The position numbers were made by a program, and so were the translations under genes. Below are positions 44,242 to 56,162 of a stretch of 64,000 bases of DNA, one piece after another. The notes below the pieces were generated by a model. That model was given only the letters and a program-made list of their open reading frames with translations, made no database searches and was not told where the DNA came from. The stretch comes from Naegleria gruberi (Eukaryota). The stretch lies in assembly GCA_000004985.1 (NCBI GenBank), contig GG738890.1. One strand, written 5' to 3'. Within the stretch, counting starts at the first letter, position 1; the number at the start of each line of letters is the position of its first letter.

Positions 44242-44937
44242 TTATTGTCTGAATATCACAGATTCTTCGGTGAATCTATCAATGACAGCCAAACTTTCCA
44301 ATTTCACACCTTGTTCTCTCAATTTCTTTCCTCCCTCTTGGAAACCCTTCTCAATTGAAATACCAACACCAACAATGGAAGCTCCTGCCTGATGAATGAT
44401 ATCAATTAGTCCTTGTGTGGCCTGTCCACAAGCAAGGAAATCATCAATAATCAAAACCTTATCATTTGATTGTAAATATTTGGCAGAGACACAAACATCG
44501 TATTCAACATTCTTTGTAAAGGAATGCACTTTGGTGGCATAGATTTGTTCTGTGAGGGTTGATGGTTTGACTTTTCTTGCATAAACGAGAGGAACGTTGA
44601 GGTAGAGAGCTGCCATTAATGCAATTGGAATTCCAGAAGTTTCCAATGTCAAAACTTTAGTGACACCATCAAGAATGAAACGAGAGGCAATGTCCATTCC
44701 CATTAATCTTGACAATTCTGGATCAATTTGATGATTGAGGAATGAATCGACCTTCAAAATATTTGTTCCTTTAATTACACGACCATGTTGAAGAATCATT
44801 TGTTTGAGAGTTGATTCACCACATCCTTTTGACTTGATGAGTGAGTCTACTAAATTCATTGAATTATCAGTAGTAGTAGTTGATGCAGTATGGAAGTGAT
44901 TAGCACAATGATTAGTATTAGAGAAGGAGAGCATCAT
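44242..44937 (-). CDS. xpt: Xanthine phosphoribosyltransferase of the bacterial Xpt type
   Basis: [28 protein letters not shown] and [43 protein letters not shown] are near-colinear with Bacillus Xpt ([28 protein letters not shown]…[42 protein letters not shown]). Single exon. The ATG follows a T/A-rich leader. Confidence 0.85.
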   Translation of the reverse strand: [231 protein letters not shown]

Positions 44938-45296
44938 TTTGTCAGTTTGTCAAAGCGTAGTTAAGAGAGGAAATTAATAAGTGTGTGTGGTTTTGGTGGG
45001 GAGTTCGTAGTTGGGCTATTTTTTAATGAGCCCCTTTGAAATCATTCTACAACCATGCCTCTATTTATCTTGTTTTCGTTCCTTCAATTTATTGGTGCAC
45101 AACTTCAGGCCAAGTCAAATGATTGGTTGGTACCTCATATTGGTCGCTCGCGTATTTTTGTAAACTTCACAAGAGAGTACCCACCAAGGACCAAGGGATA
45201 ATATCTCTCCTGTCAGATTGGGATTTTTCCATAACAATAAACCAAAGTGAGTAAGCTTCTGTATACAACAAGAATTACAATTTAGTAAAATTACTT

Positions 45297-47998
45297 TTAT
45301 TGCTCTGAAACTGTGGTATTTCTTCGAGATCTTCTTTTCATTTGAATGTATTTCTCAATTTTCATTTGTTTTTGGAAAGCTAATGTTTTCTTGAATCTTC
45401 TGTGTGTATCAACGAGTAGCTCTGCAATTTCTCTTTCAAGTGTATCAAACAAAGTATCTGGTAAAAAGTCAACCTCACCAGTTAAAAATCCATCAACCAT
45501 TTCCTTAATTTCCTGAACATTGGCCTTGTTAGTATTAATAGTATGGTAACCATGCATATCTAAAAATTTTTTGTAAATTTCAAAGGCCTTTTCATATTTT
45601 TTCTGCTCCACAGTGTCAATATCCTTATCACTCAACCATCCAAATTTTTTGAGTACCTTAGCTCCTTGTAAAAATGTACCAGCCTTTTCTGTCACTTGTT
45701 TGAATTGCTTTTGTTTCTTGGATTTTGTAATAGAACTTGTTGTTGTGGAGGCAATACTACTAGAGGCTGATCCTATTTCTAAATCAGCTCCATACATTGC
45801 ATCTTGAGCTTCAATAGCTTTAATACATAAATCCTTATATATGGAAACTTCTTGTAAGAATAAGAAATTTTCCAAAGCCATTTCCTTTTCACAGTGAGCT
45901 CTGAATAAATCTCTCAATCGATCATCTGCCATAGTATCCAATAATACGATAGCATTTGCCTTCTTCCACCTTTTTCTATGGAGAGCATCCTTGTTAAGAG
46001 ACAATGTAAATGAAAGTATTAGGGCTGGAATTACAATTATCAAAGAGAGCACTCCTAATATTAGGTTCATACTCGTTGACACATAACTAATTTTATCATG
46101 TGTTGAAAACAAAGATAGAGAATATTCTCTAAGAATGCTGATAGAATCTGATACGTTTCTACTTCCTCCACAGTCCTCAAAGTCTTGTATTTGGTCAATC
46201 TTTTTAAAATTATTAAATAGTGTTGAGGGAAATAAAAACTTACAGCCGAGTCTGTTTGGTCATAATACATTTTGTTAACAATTTCTGTAAACGTCCACAA
46301 AATCTGTTTTGTAGGTGTTTCTATCAAGGATTTATAATCAGCTAAAGAGTACTGAGTAAACAAGTATGGTTTGTTTTCGTACTCATACTGCAAAGAATCA
46401 GATAAATTCCATAGAAAATTCCACGCCTGAGTCCTTAATGACATGTATGACTGATACCTTTTTGTTGAAAATCCTAAATATACTATTTGATGAGTTAAAA
46501 TATGCATATCACTAAGAACTGCTTTCAAGTCTGATGCTTGAGCATTAAGTCTTGCTTCTGTTTCCGATGTCCTATATATAAAGCTTAAAGTAACACAAAT
46601 TAATAATGAAACGAGAAGAATGATAGTTGCACTCAATCCAATTATGGAAAATAATTTCCAACAAGAGAGCTCAATCGTACCCCAAGGTGTATGTAGCTGT
46701 TTGGGTTTTTTGATATTGGTATCGTTTTCTTTTTCCATATCAAAGAGAATAGACCTGCTCACTGCCTTCAATTTTGATGTGTATTGTGGATTTTGTAGTG
46801 GTTGATTTGGAAAAGGATTTACAGTAAGATAATTGTTTGGTTTCAAGGTTGGAATAGGTTGAGGATTTGTTAAAGAGGAATGATTTGCAATGGTATCCCT
46901 CTCTGCCCTATTCATTTCAACAAAAGTTTCATCAAGATTATTCAGTATTGTTGGAGTAGAGTCGTGTGTCTCTAGTTTGGGTATTTCTCTTGGTGAGCTT
47001 TTAGGTGACTGATTGAGTCTTGAGGGATTAAGATTTGGAAGAGATTTCATCTTTTCAACTCTAGGAGACTCCTTAGGTTTTTTAGAAAGGCTTTGTGTTG
47101 TTACATCAGGTTGTTGTATTGGAATGGCAATGTCTACCGATTGCACAGTATTAGTTACTTGATTGATATTTGATTGGTTATTGTCATTAGAAAGTGAAGA
47201 GAGAGGTAATTGTGGAATTGCAGCATGATTGTTTACAATGGTTGAAGTTTGTTGTTTTGGAGGAATTACAAGTGTTGGCAAATTAATTGACAATTTGAAA
47301 GATGGAATATTACTTGGGGTGTGTTTTTGATGTTGTTGAGAAATTTCCTTAGACCGTTCTGATGTCTCCATTCCTGTTTGTATCAATGTTGTGGATGCTG
47401 ATGGTATTTCAAGTTGTAAATCCTTATTTGTTACAATCTCATTAGTTTCAATTACTTTAACTCTTCCCACATTATTACTTGGAGTTGGATCGAGTTGAAT
47501 GATAATTGGAGTGGCTGGCATCTTTCTTGATGAAAGAGAAGCAATTAAAGACCTAGTTGAAGTAGCAGCTGCCATTACCAATGACCCAATAATTGATGGT
47601 CTTCTGTTCGATGTTTCTGGTTTAATAGTATCTGTTTGATTCGAAGCTGTTGTATCGGTATCAATATTAATTTGAATAAGACTAACATTATCACTTTCTT
47701 TTGGTGCTTCAATGACAATTTCTGGTATTTCAAATTCAATGTTTGTTTTCTTAGTCTTGGCTTTAGGTCCTTCCTTCTTTTTAATAGGAGAAGCAACTCC
47801 CAACAGTAAAGAATTATTAGTAGTAGAAGATATTGCCGAGGGTGATAGTGGTTTTTTGAAACCACTTGTTCTGCTTGTATTCGATGAAGATGAATTCCTT
47901 GGAGAGGAAAATAAGTTACCACTGGGCGAAGCAGGAGGACTTCCCATTGTAGAGGGTTTCCTTTTGCTAGAAGTGTTGATGTTGTTTGGTTCCGGCAT
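45297..47998 (-). CDS. Two-exon gene (47998..46244 and 46199..45297; 44-nt intron 46243..46200, GTAAGT…AAAAAG, switching between the two overlapping track ORFs). It encodes a membrane-anchored RGS protein with a long S/T/P-rich N-terminal region, TM1, a 150-aa loop, TM2 and an RGS domain
   Basis: Splicing joins …YYDQTDSA|IDQIQDFEDCGG… in frame. TM1 is LFSIIGLSATIILLVSLLICVTLSFIY and TM2 is LILGVLSLIIVIPALILSFTLSL. The RGS motif is MADDRLRDLFRAHCEKEMALENFLFLQEVSIYKD. Confidence 0.65.
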
Positions 47999-48673
47999 TG
48001 GAATAATAATATATTCAAGAATAAGAATTAATAAGAATTATTTTCTTGTTATTATTATTATAATTAATAGTATAATTGGTTGATGATGGATGGAAAAAGA
48101 GTCAATAAGAACAATAGACGTTTTTGTTTCTAATATTCATCAAACCGTTATCCTTAAAACCTTCAGTACATTATGACTTCATAGAACATCATTGCTTGTC
48201 AGAGATAAATGGCTTCGGCCTTCAATCATTATGTTTTAGACGGAACCCACTAGAAAAAGTTAATTGATTAGGATGGCATGGTGTAATTAAATTTTTTAAT
48301 ATTAAAAATAAAAATATTATTTTATTTTTGATTTGTTGTGTAACCGTTACATTATTTGGATCAGCCAACAAATTATCTTTAAATTAAGGATGTTAAAATT
48401 CTTGAGATAACCAATAACTTCCCAAAATCAAAAAATAAGTCCTCAACAAAATTTGATTTACCTCAATAACCTTAAAAAATGGCTCGAAAACACAAGAAGA
48501 AACAACAATCCAATAAGAGAAAAAACAACGTAAGCCTCCAAATGAAACTGTTCTGAAAGTAGCACCAAGACCCTATCGACACTTTCAACCAAGTAATATT
48601 TCCAATAATTAAAAACAAACCAATTTCATTATTTTCAGATTACTTAGCAGAGAGAAAGGCATCCGAATCCAAA

Positions 48674-49234
48674 GTGATTGTCATACTGGATCAAACAAAA
48701 TCCGATGTAAGAATACAGAAAATCTTTACACATCTTTCAAGAGAGAAGGTAGCCAATACAAATTACAAACACTTTCTTTTGAATTTACTAATGCAGGATT
48801 CTTATGGTTGGAATATCGAATGGGAACTAGTTCCAAGAGAGTATCTAGCAGACAAATACTTTATCAAAAAGGTTGTTTCGTTTGGTGCATCGAGTATTAA
48901 ACAAATATTCTGCAAAATACTTAACCATATTCCAAGTAAATTTTGGGAAGATCAGAAATTCATCATTCAATTGTTGACAATTAGTGAAGGACATTGCTTT
49001 TGTTACTTTCCAAAACATGTGCAGAATACTCATAAATTTGCTGAAATGGCAATTCGTTTTCGAACAGCAAATATGGAAGAAACACCTTGTAAAAATAATG
49101 AAGAATTTGTTAGAGAGATGGTAAAACAAAATATCAAAACACTCCCTTACATTGGTAAGAAGTTATTGTTTGATCAGCAGTTTATGGTTTCTCTCATGTT
49201 GGAATTGAATATTAAGAATCCAGATTTTTTTTAA
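48674..49234 (+). CDS. Hypothetical protein. The start is not resolved: the track start is a GTG and the first internal ATG is 40 codons in
   Basis: ORF only. The upstream mini-ORF ATG 48480 … GTAAGC could be a 5' exon, but the phases do not match. Confidence 0.3.
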   Translation: MIVILDQTKSDVRIQKIFTHLSREKVANTNYKHFLLNLLMQDSYGWNIEWELVPREYLADKYFIKKVVSFGASSIKQIFCKILNHIPSKFWEDQKFIIQLLTISEGHCFCYFPKHVQNTHKFAEMAIRFRTANMEETPCKNNEEFVREMVKQNIKTLPYIGKKLLFDQQFMVSLMLELNIKNPDFF

Positions 49235-49569
49235 TAGGAATTCGTAATGTTCTGAGCTATTAAGTGCACAATCTTAATAAACACTGTGCTTCCACTATGT
49301 GAAACTGTCGTTTGGGTGAAACACTTGACAAGCACAAGTTCACTGACGGCGATTTTTTTGTACCAAATTGTTCTTCTATCATACTTCTATCCAATCTTTA
49401 AATTTTTCTTTATTATAAACTATACGAAACTTTACAACATGAAAAACCACCAACACCAATATTGCAATTAAATTCATGAACCTCACCTATTGTCTCTCTT
49501 CAGCTCAGTTTTTTTCAACACCCATTTTTGTCTCTTCAGCCGTCACTGAATTTTCTCTATCATCAAAAA

Positions 49570-52500
49570 ATGTCAACAATCAAACTAAAGGCCAGAAGCT
49601 CTGTCATTAGAGGTGGAGGACGGAAAGCCTCTGTGATTAGTAAGAATGATGATCTCGATCCATCAGAAATTAAATCTACAGCCCTCTCCAAAGCCAATGA
49701 CGATGATGGTTATGATGATGATGGATATGAAGACCAAGCTTCTTCCAATACAACAACGACAACTACAACATCAGCAGCAGTAGTAGAACAGCCTTCATCT
49801 TCTTCATCTACAACAACAACAACAACAGCTGAAGAGTATGGTGATGATGATGGTTATGAAGACCAAGAATCAAAACCAACTTTATCTGAATCAACAACAA
49901 CAACAACAACAAGCTCATCATCATCTATTGGTGCTGCTACTTCTACAACTGAAGAAGGTGGTGCTGAAAAGGAAGGGAAAAAGAAAAAGAAAGACAAAGG
50001 AGAGAAGGAGGAAAGTGGTGTTTCTGGTGGTGACTCTGAAGAGGAAATCAACAAATTGAAGAGACACTACAAAAAGAAGAGGAAAGAATGTGAGGAATTA
50101 AAAGCCAGAGTTGATGAATTAGAAAAGACTATTGAACAATTGAATAGTACACCTTCTTCTTCTGTTGTTGTTGCACAAGAACCAAGTGTTGTGGAGAAGA
50201 TTGTCGAGAAGGAGGTTGAAAAGATTGTTGAGAGGATTGTGGAGGTTGAGAAGATTGTCGAGAAGGAGGTAATTGTTGAAAAGATGGTAGAGAATACTGA
50301 AAAGGTTGATGCATTGACAAAACAAGTTGAAGAGATCAAACAGGCAGAAGAGAAGGAAAAGTTACTGAGAGAGGAAAAGGAACGTTTGTTGAGCGATTTG
50401 AATCAACAACTCGAAACTGCAAAATCAAGTTTATCACAATTAGAAGAACAGATCAAGAGTGTTCAATCTGAAAAATCACAAATCGAACAAGTGAAAGCAG
50501 AAATTGAGAAGAATCTCACTGAGGAGAAGAATAGATTGAGTGAGGAAAAGGACTCACAAGTGAAATCTCTGAACGAGAAATTAGATTCTGCAAAACAAGC
50601 TCTCGAGGAAAAGAATGCAGAATTACAAAAGGAAAAAGAGTCTCAATCACTTCAGGCAGGTGCTTTAGAACAAGGTTTGAGAAGTGAAATTGAAAAACTC
50701 AAATCAGATATCGAAAATTCTAACAAGACTGCTCAAGAAACTGAAACTAAATTGAAAAGTGAGATTGATCAACTCAAGAATCAAGTCGAGACAGAGAGGA
50801 AAAATACATCAGACGTCACTTCAAATAAGGAACAAGCTGAAAGGGATCTGAGTGAAAAGATTAGCCACCTCGAAAAACAATTGAGTAACACAAATGAAAC
50901 TCTTGAAACATCCCTCAAAAAAGAGAGAGAATTCCTGCAAGAAGTTTCAGCAAACTTGGAGAAGGAGAAAGCATCGTCACAATCCAAGATTAAAGAATTG
51001 GAAGAATCTGTCTCCAAGTTGCAATCAACACTCGATGAATCTAACAATACTGTTGTACAAAAGAAATCAGAAATTTTAACACTCGAAAGTGAGAAACAAT
51101 TGGCTGTGCAACAAAACGAAAATCTCAAGAAGCAAATTGAAGAAAAGGAAAGAGAAATTTCCGAAATTATCAATAACAAAACTGGTGAATCTAATGATGA
51201 GCTGAAGAAACAATACGAAAAAATCAATGAACTTCAAAGGAAGGTTCATGATTTGGAAGAGTCATTGATGAAGGTACAAAAGGAAAGAGATCTAGTGAAT
51301 CAACAGAAGAATTCAGTAGAAGAACAATTAACCTCATCCAAGGATGAATTGCAAACTTTGAAGAAACAAATTGCTGAAGAGGGTAAAAATCTAGAACAAG
51401 CAAAATCGCAATCATCTCAACAAGAGGGTAAACTCAAGGAATTAACCAAAAATTTGGAAGAATCTCAATCCGAAATTAAAAAACTCAAGGAAGAAATCAA
51501 AAAACTCGAAGAAAACTCAAAATCTTCCTCACAACAAGGTGAAGGTAAACTCAAAGACCTTTCAAAGAACTTGGATGATGCACAAAAGGAAATTAAGAAA
51601 TTGAAGGACGAACTTACCAAATCCGAAGAAACATCTAAATCCCAACTTCAAAAGGAAGAAACCAAATCCAAAGAACTCAATTCTAACCTTCAAACTGCTC
51701 AAAAGGAAATTGAAACTTTGAAGCAAAATATCAAAAAACTCGAAGAGCAATCTAAATCATCGGGCTCCCAACAAGAATCTAAACTAAAGGATGTTACAAA
51801 ACAACTCGAAGAATCACAAACAGCCATTGAAAAGTTGAAGCAAGACATCAAGAAACTTGAAGAAAATAACAAGTCTGTCAACACATCATCCAGTCAAAAG
51901 GTTACAGATCTCGAAAAGGAAGTATCATCACTGAAGGATGAACGTGACAATCTGAAGAAGAAGGTTTCTGAACTTGAACAAAAGGACAAGGAAATCGCCT
52001 CTTTGAATGAAAAAGTTAAGAGCGTCGAGAAGAAATACAACAATGAAGTTGAACAAAAGAGAAATCTCAATAATCAAATCAAAACTCTCAAGACTGAGAA
52101 TGAAACATCATCTGAGCAAGTTTCCAAACTCAACAGAGAACTCATGGACAAGGATCAAACCATTTCACAACTCCAACAACAAGTTGCCTCTGCAAATTCT
52201 CTCCAAAATGAAATCAAACAACTCAGAGATGAAAAGAAGCAACTCAGATCCGAACTCAAGACCAAAACTGAGGAAGCCAAGAGTTTATCAAAGAGATTAC
52301 ACCAAACAATCACCAATATGCAAAATGGTGGTACTGTTGTTGATATACCAAAGGAACCAAAAGCCAAGACATCTGTCCTGTTAAATTCCAACCTTAACGA
52401 TAAGCAAAGAATGTTCCTCGATCCAATTGGAAGTGTGAAGAGATCAGTATTGGCAATTATTGAATATTTTGATGAAAATGTTGAATCAGTTCAAGGAGAT

Positions 52501-53163
52501 TTGGAGAAGATTGGAGATTCTTCCAATTCAAAGGATCTTAGAAGAATCTTGAATGAAAGATTGTGTGAATCTATCGTTCTAGTCTTCTCACACTCCTTCT
52601 CCCCACCATTTTGGTTCTTCTCTACCCCTACTGTGTGGCATTTTGTTGAGGAAATTAATGAACAACTCTCCAAAACACCTGGACTCTCCACTTCAATCAT
52701 CATGGCTACAAAGCAACTTTCCACCATTGTTGTCAGAGTAAATTCAACAGTGAAAAATCTAATTGATAATGAAGTTAAGGAAAAGGGAGCTCCTCCAAAG
52801 GGCAAACACCATTTTGATCTTCCTTTTGATGAATTTGAATTTAGATTCCGTGCCTTGATTTTAGAATGCCTCAATTCAAAATGTTTAGATGTAATAATAA
52901 GTCTCCTCTTCACTCAGCCAAAGATTCTCGAAAGATACTACAAAGAAGAGGCCTTTATAAGAAAAGCAGATTGTCAACAAAAAATTGTAACATGTATCAA
53001 ATGGCTCAGCAAACTTCCATTCACAATTCCTCTCAACACACCAGCAATTACTGACATTGAGGATGAAGATGATGACGACTTGGATATGCCACTCACTAAT
53101 GGAAATTCTGACCACACCAATTCTGACGAACCAGCAACTGTTTCAAATGTTGAAGAATATTAA
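49570..53163 (+). CDS. Large coiled-coil protein (about 1200 aa) with an acidic/T-rich N-terminus, about 800 aa of heptad-repeat coiled coil and a C-terminal globular domain
   Basis: The ATG at 49570 follows an A-run. Continuous E/K/Q/L heptads run from about 50100 to 52350. The C-terminal 250 aa are non-repetitive (…RILNERLCESIVLVFSHSF…WHFVEEINEQL…). Confidence 0.6.
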   Translation: MSTIKLKARSSVIRGGGRKASVISKNDDLDPSEIKSTALSKANDDDGYDDDGYEDQASSNTTTTTTTSAAVVEQPSSSSSTTTTTTAEEYGDDDGYEDQESKPTLSESTTTTTTSSSSSIGAATSTTEEGGAEKEGKKKKKDKGEKEESGVSGGDSEEEINKLKRHYKKKRKECEELKARVDELEKTIEQLNSTPSSSVVVAQEPSVVEKIVEKEVEKIVERIVEVEKIVEKEVIVEKMVENTEKVDALTKQVEEIKQAEEKEKLLREEKERLLSDLNQQLETAKSSLSQLEEQIKSVQSEKSQIEQVKAEIEKNLTEEKNRLSEEKDSQVKSLNEKLDSAKQALEEKNAELQKEKESQSLQAGALEQGLRSEIEKLKSDIENSNKTAQETETKLKSEIDQLKNQVETERKNTSDVTSNKEQAERDLSEKISHLEKQLSNTNETLETSLKKEREFLQEVSANLEKEKASSQSKIKELEESVSKLQSTLDESNNTVVQKKSEILTLESEKQLAVQQNENLKKQIEEKEREISEIINNKTGESNDELKKQYEKINELQRKVHDLEESLMKVQKERDLVNQQKNSVEEQLTSSKDELQTLKKQIAEEGKNLEQAKSQSSQQEGKLKELTKNLEESQSEIKKLKEEIKKLEENSKSSSQQGEGKLKDLSKNLDDAQKEIKKLKDELTKSEETSKSQLQKEETKSKELNSNLQTAQKEIETLKQNIKKLEEQSKSSGSQQESKLKDVTKQLEESQTAIEKLKQDIKKLEENNKSVNTSSSQKVTDLEKEVSSLKDERDNLKKKVSELEQKDKEIASLNEKVKSVEKKYNNEVEQKRNLNNQIKTLKTENETSSEQVSKLNRELMDKDQTISQLQQQVASANSLQNEIKQLRDEKKQLRSELKTKTEEAKSLSKRLHQTITNMQNGGTVVDIPKEPKAKTSVLLNSNLNDKQRMFLDPIGSVKRSVLAIIEYFDENVESVQGDLEKIGDSSNSKDLRRILNERLCESIVLVFSHSFSPPFWFFSTPTVWHFVEEINEQLSKTPGLSTSIIMATKQLSTIVVRVNSTVKNLIDNEVKEKGAPPKGKHHFDLPFDEFEFRFRALILECLNSKCLDVIISLLFTQPKILERYYKEEAFIRKADCQQKIVTCIKWLSKLPFTIPLNTPAITDIEDEDDDDLDMPLTNGNSDHTNSDEPATVSNVEEY

Positions 53164-53268
53164 ATAATAACAACTAATACAAACTGAAAATAAAATTCGT
53201 ATCTCACTAATTTATTTGTGTACAGGCAATTTGTTAATTGGGCAAAATTGTTGTTCTCTTAAAATCGA

Positions 53269-55095
53269 TTAGAGAACAAAGTTCAAAATTGTAAAGAAAA
53301 CAAAGGCAACCATAGCATAATTGACGGTAGCAATTGAGCCATTATTTGTCTTCTTGGTTGTGGAGGCGACATAGTCGAAAACACGGTAAGTAAGGGATTG
53401 AATACTGTCTTTGACAGCCAAAGCACTTCTGATATTATTTCTACTTGAGTAGGAACTTTCAATAGTGAGGAAACATCTTCTGTCAGTATCATCTCTGATA
53501 GCCAATGGGAATCCAAAGTCGAATCCATAAGTGGTGTTAGCAGAGAAAAGCAAATCAGCATCGACACCTCCAGCTCTAACAGCTTGTCCAGAAACGAAAA
53601 TATTATCAGAGGTAGCATCTGTTCTGGAAGCATTTCTACAATCAGGATTTGATGGAATGGTTGCAAAGTTGGAGTAACAACACAAAATAACATTGTAAGG
53701 AATAATGCTTTGAGTAGCAAGTGAAGGAGCCAATGGAGATTCAACACGAATGTAAATGGTATCAGTTGGACCGAATTGAGTACGAACTTGAGTAAAGGCA
53801 CTATTTGCATAAGATAAGGCACTCGTACTAAATACCAATTCTTCCTCAATTGCAGGATATGGCACCAAATATTGGAGAGTGTAGGCAATACTGTATGTAT
53901 TTCCACCATTTGTTCTAAATGATAGAGAATAGTCGCCACCAAAGTTAGTTTCTGCAGTAATAACATTAGATTGCATGACAATTTGGTAGTACATGAAACC
54001 ACCAGAGAGACCAGTGAAAACAGCATCAGTAACAGTGAAAGCATAAGGTCCAGTAACAAACCAAGAGGTTGCATTTTGAGTGATGGTTGTCCATACTTCC
54101 AATCTAATTTCCAAACGATTCAAATCGTTAACAAAGATTCTCTTTGGTTTGAGGAAGGTATTTGGAGAGGATTGATCAAAGTTAATACGAGTAACTGCAA
54201 GAGTAATAGTCAAAATATAACGTTGTGTGAAAATTGTTTCGTAACAATTCTTTTGACTAGAACCTCCAGAAACAATATTGGTTTGAATCATGTAATCAGC
54301 AAACATAACAGCAACCAAGTCAACCACACCACCATTTGAAACCCATTGTACGTTTGGATTAGAAGTAAATTGATTCAAAGTCAAAACTTGTTGATAGACA
54401 TTGTACCAAGCAGTTGATGTAACGAGTACAAATCCATCTCTAATTAAATCATTGGACAAACAAGTATATTGCTTTGACAAACCAATATTGAAGAATACAC
54501 CTGTGGTTGAGTTATCACTGAATACACCTCCTGTCTTGAACATGGTAATTCTCAAAGTAACATTCAAAGTAGAAGGATTGACAGATGCTTCAAAAACTGG
54601 ACGAGGAGCACCAATGACATTTCTACTAAATGCAGTAAAGGTAATAGTTGCAGTTGATGCAGCACTAGTTACACCAAGAACAGGATCAAAAGCATTGAGA
54701 GTATAAGATGGAACAGCTAAATTACCAGGATGGATAAATCTCACATTACCCAAATTAATTTGATCTTGAGAAAATTGAGTTACTGGAGTGTATTGGTTTG
54801 TTCCAACTCTAACTTGAAATTGGCCGTTAGTAATAGAAAGCACATTGTAAACAATTCTGGCTGGTGAAGGTGATCCATTGAGTGTTGATGCTAATTCATT
54901 GCTTGTAATGGTAACATTATCACCATTGAACAAAGTTAGTCTATTGACAGTGATCACTAAACTTTGAGAGTATGCAAAGGAATGCAAAAGGAGAACTGAT
55001 AGCAATAAAGTCACAAGTGTTATTACTCTTGTTTTCATTCTTGATTTTTTTGATGATTTCGGTTGACTGTTGGTGAAGCAAAGCTTAAATACCAT
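53269..55095 (-). CDS. Secreted or GPI-anchored cell-surface protein of about 590 aa, family unknown
   Basis: An N-terminal signal peptide (MKTRVITLVTLLLSVLLLHSFAYSQS) follows a possible upstream ATG. The protein is Thr/Ser/Asn-rich with many N-glycosylation sequons. The hydrophobic C-terminus VNYAMVAFVFFTILNFVL is GPI-signal-like. Confidence 0.5.
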   Translation of the reverse strand: MVFKLCFTNSQPKSSKKSRMKTRVITLVTLLLSVLLLHSFAYSQSLVITVNRLTLFNGDNVTITSNELASTLNGSPSPARIVYNVLSITNGQFQVRVGTNQYTPVTQFSQDQINLGNVRFIHPGNLAVPSYTLNAFDPVLGVTSAASTATITFTAFSRNVIGAPRPVFEASVNPSTLNVTLRITMFKTGGVFSDNSTTGVFFNIGLSKQYTCLSNDLIRDGFVLVTSTAWYNVYQQVLTLNQFTSNPNVQWVSNGGVVDLVAVMFADYMIQTNIVSGGSSQKNCYETIFTQRYILTITLAVTRINFDQSSPNTFLKPKRIFVNDLNRLEIRLEVWTTITQNATSWFVTGPYAFTVTDAVFTGLSGGFMYYQIVMQSNVITAETNFGGDYSLSFRTNGGNTYSIAYTLQYLVPYPAIEEELVFSTSALSYANSAFTQVRTQFGPTDTIYIRVESPLAPSLATQSIIPYNVILCCYSNFATIPSNPDCRNASRTDATSDNIFVSGQAVRAGGVDADLLFSANTTYGFDFGFPLAIRDDTDRRCFLTIESSYSSRNNIRSALAVKDSIQSLTYRVFDYVASTTKKTNNGSIATVNYAMVAFVFFTILNFVL

Positions 55096-56162
55096 TTTGC
55101 CTGGAGCATATTACTATTTTCATCAAGGTCAGGTTTGGGAGATCTATATTATGGTGAATTGACCTTGAGAACGATTCTTTCCATTATTGTAAAATGTTAA
55201 TTTTTTGGTAATTTCCAAAAATGTATAAAATAGATATTTAGTTCAACTCTATTGTAATGAGGTAATAATATTCGTTCTAATTTCAATCTGATTGAATTAA
55301 ATGTTTTTGTAATCGATCCGTATGGTTTTCTCCAATACGTCTTAATAGGATTCATAAATTTCACGTATTATTAAATAATAAATAACTTCCTACAACCATC
55401 AATACATACAATCATCTATCGACTTGGATATGAACAATAAATAGCTGGTATCTTCAAAGTATTGTTTTAGGTGAGCGATTATTATTCTATATGTCCAGCT
55501 ATCAAGTACTTGGAAATGGTGATGATATAATTAATTAGTAACTAATAATCATCATCCGAAATACACCATCTCTAATACGGAGAGATTTCAATTCATTTTT
55601 TTTATTTTTTTTAGTTAATGAAAATTATTAATCTTTTTATTGAAGCTCTTTAAACTGGATAAAAAAGGCGGGAAAGTCATATCTTCTCTCCCTTAAAGTA
55701 AATTGACCAAAATAAGAAATATCAAAAGGAGAGAATTAATTTACCATCACTCTAATCCAATAATTTTCCAAAGAAAATGAATCTATCACATTACTTTACC
55801 AACTCAACCAAGGATCGACAAATTCCTTCAGTCAACCCCAAACAAACAAAGAAGAAATCAAAGAAAGCTAAGAAATCTAATGCTGTCCCTGTGAAAGTTG
55901 AACATCAACAAGCACCAGTATTAATTCCACAACCCCATCATATAACTGAGTCAGTGATGATTTCTTCCACTCATCCAATTAATATGACTGGTGGTTATGG
56001 AATTCAAGATGTTATGATTCACAAACATATGAATAATTTGTATACTTATAATAATAATTCTGAGTTTTAAATTATTTTGTATATTTCAAAATAAAGTATA
56101 AAATTATTTCAGAAGTGTGTAAAGTGCAAAGTTGTAGAGAAAAAAAGTTGTAAAGGTGATGA

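Noticed and set aside
48480-48673. Mini-ORF MARKHKKKQQSNKRKNN ending in GTAAGC, considered as a 5' exon of the 48674 gene
   Set aside because: The only plausible acceptor (…TTATTTTCAG|ATTACTTAG) puts a stop in phase 0. I could find no in-frame junction, so I left the genes unjoined.
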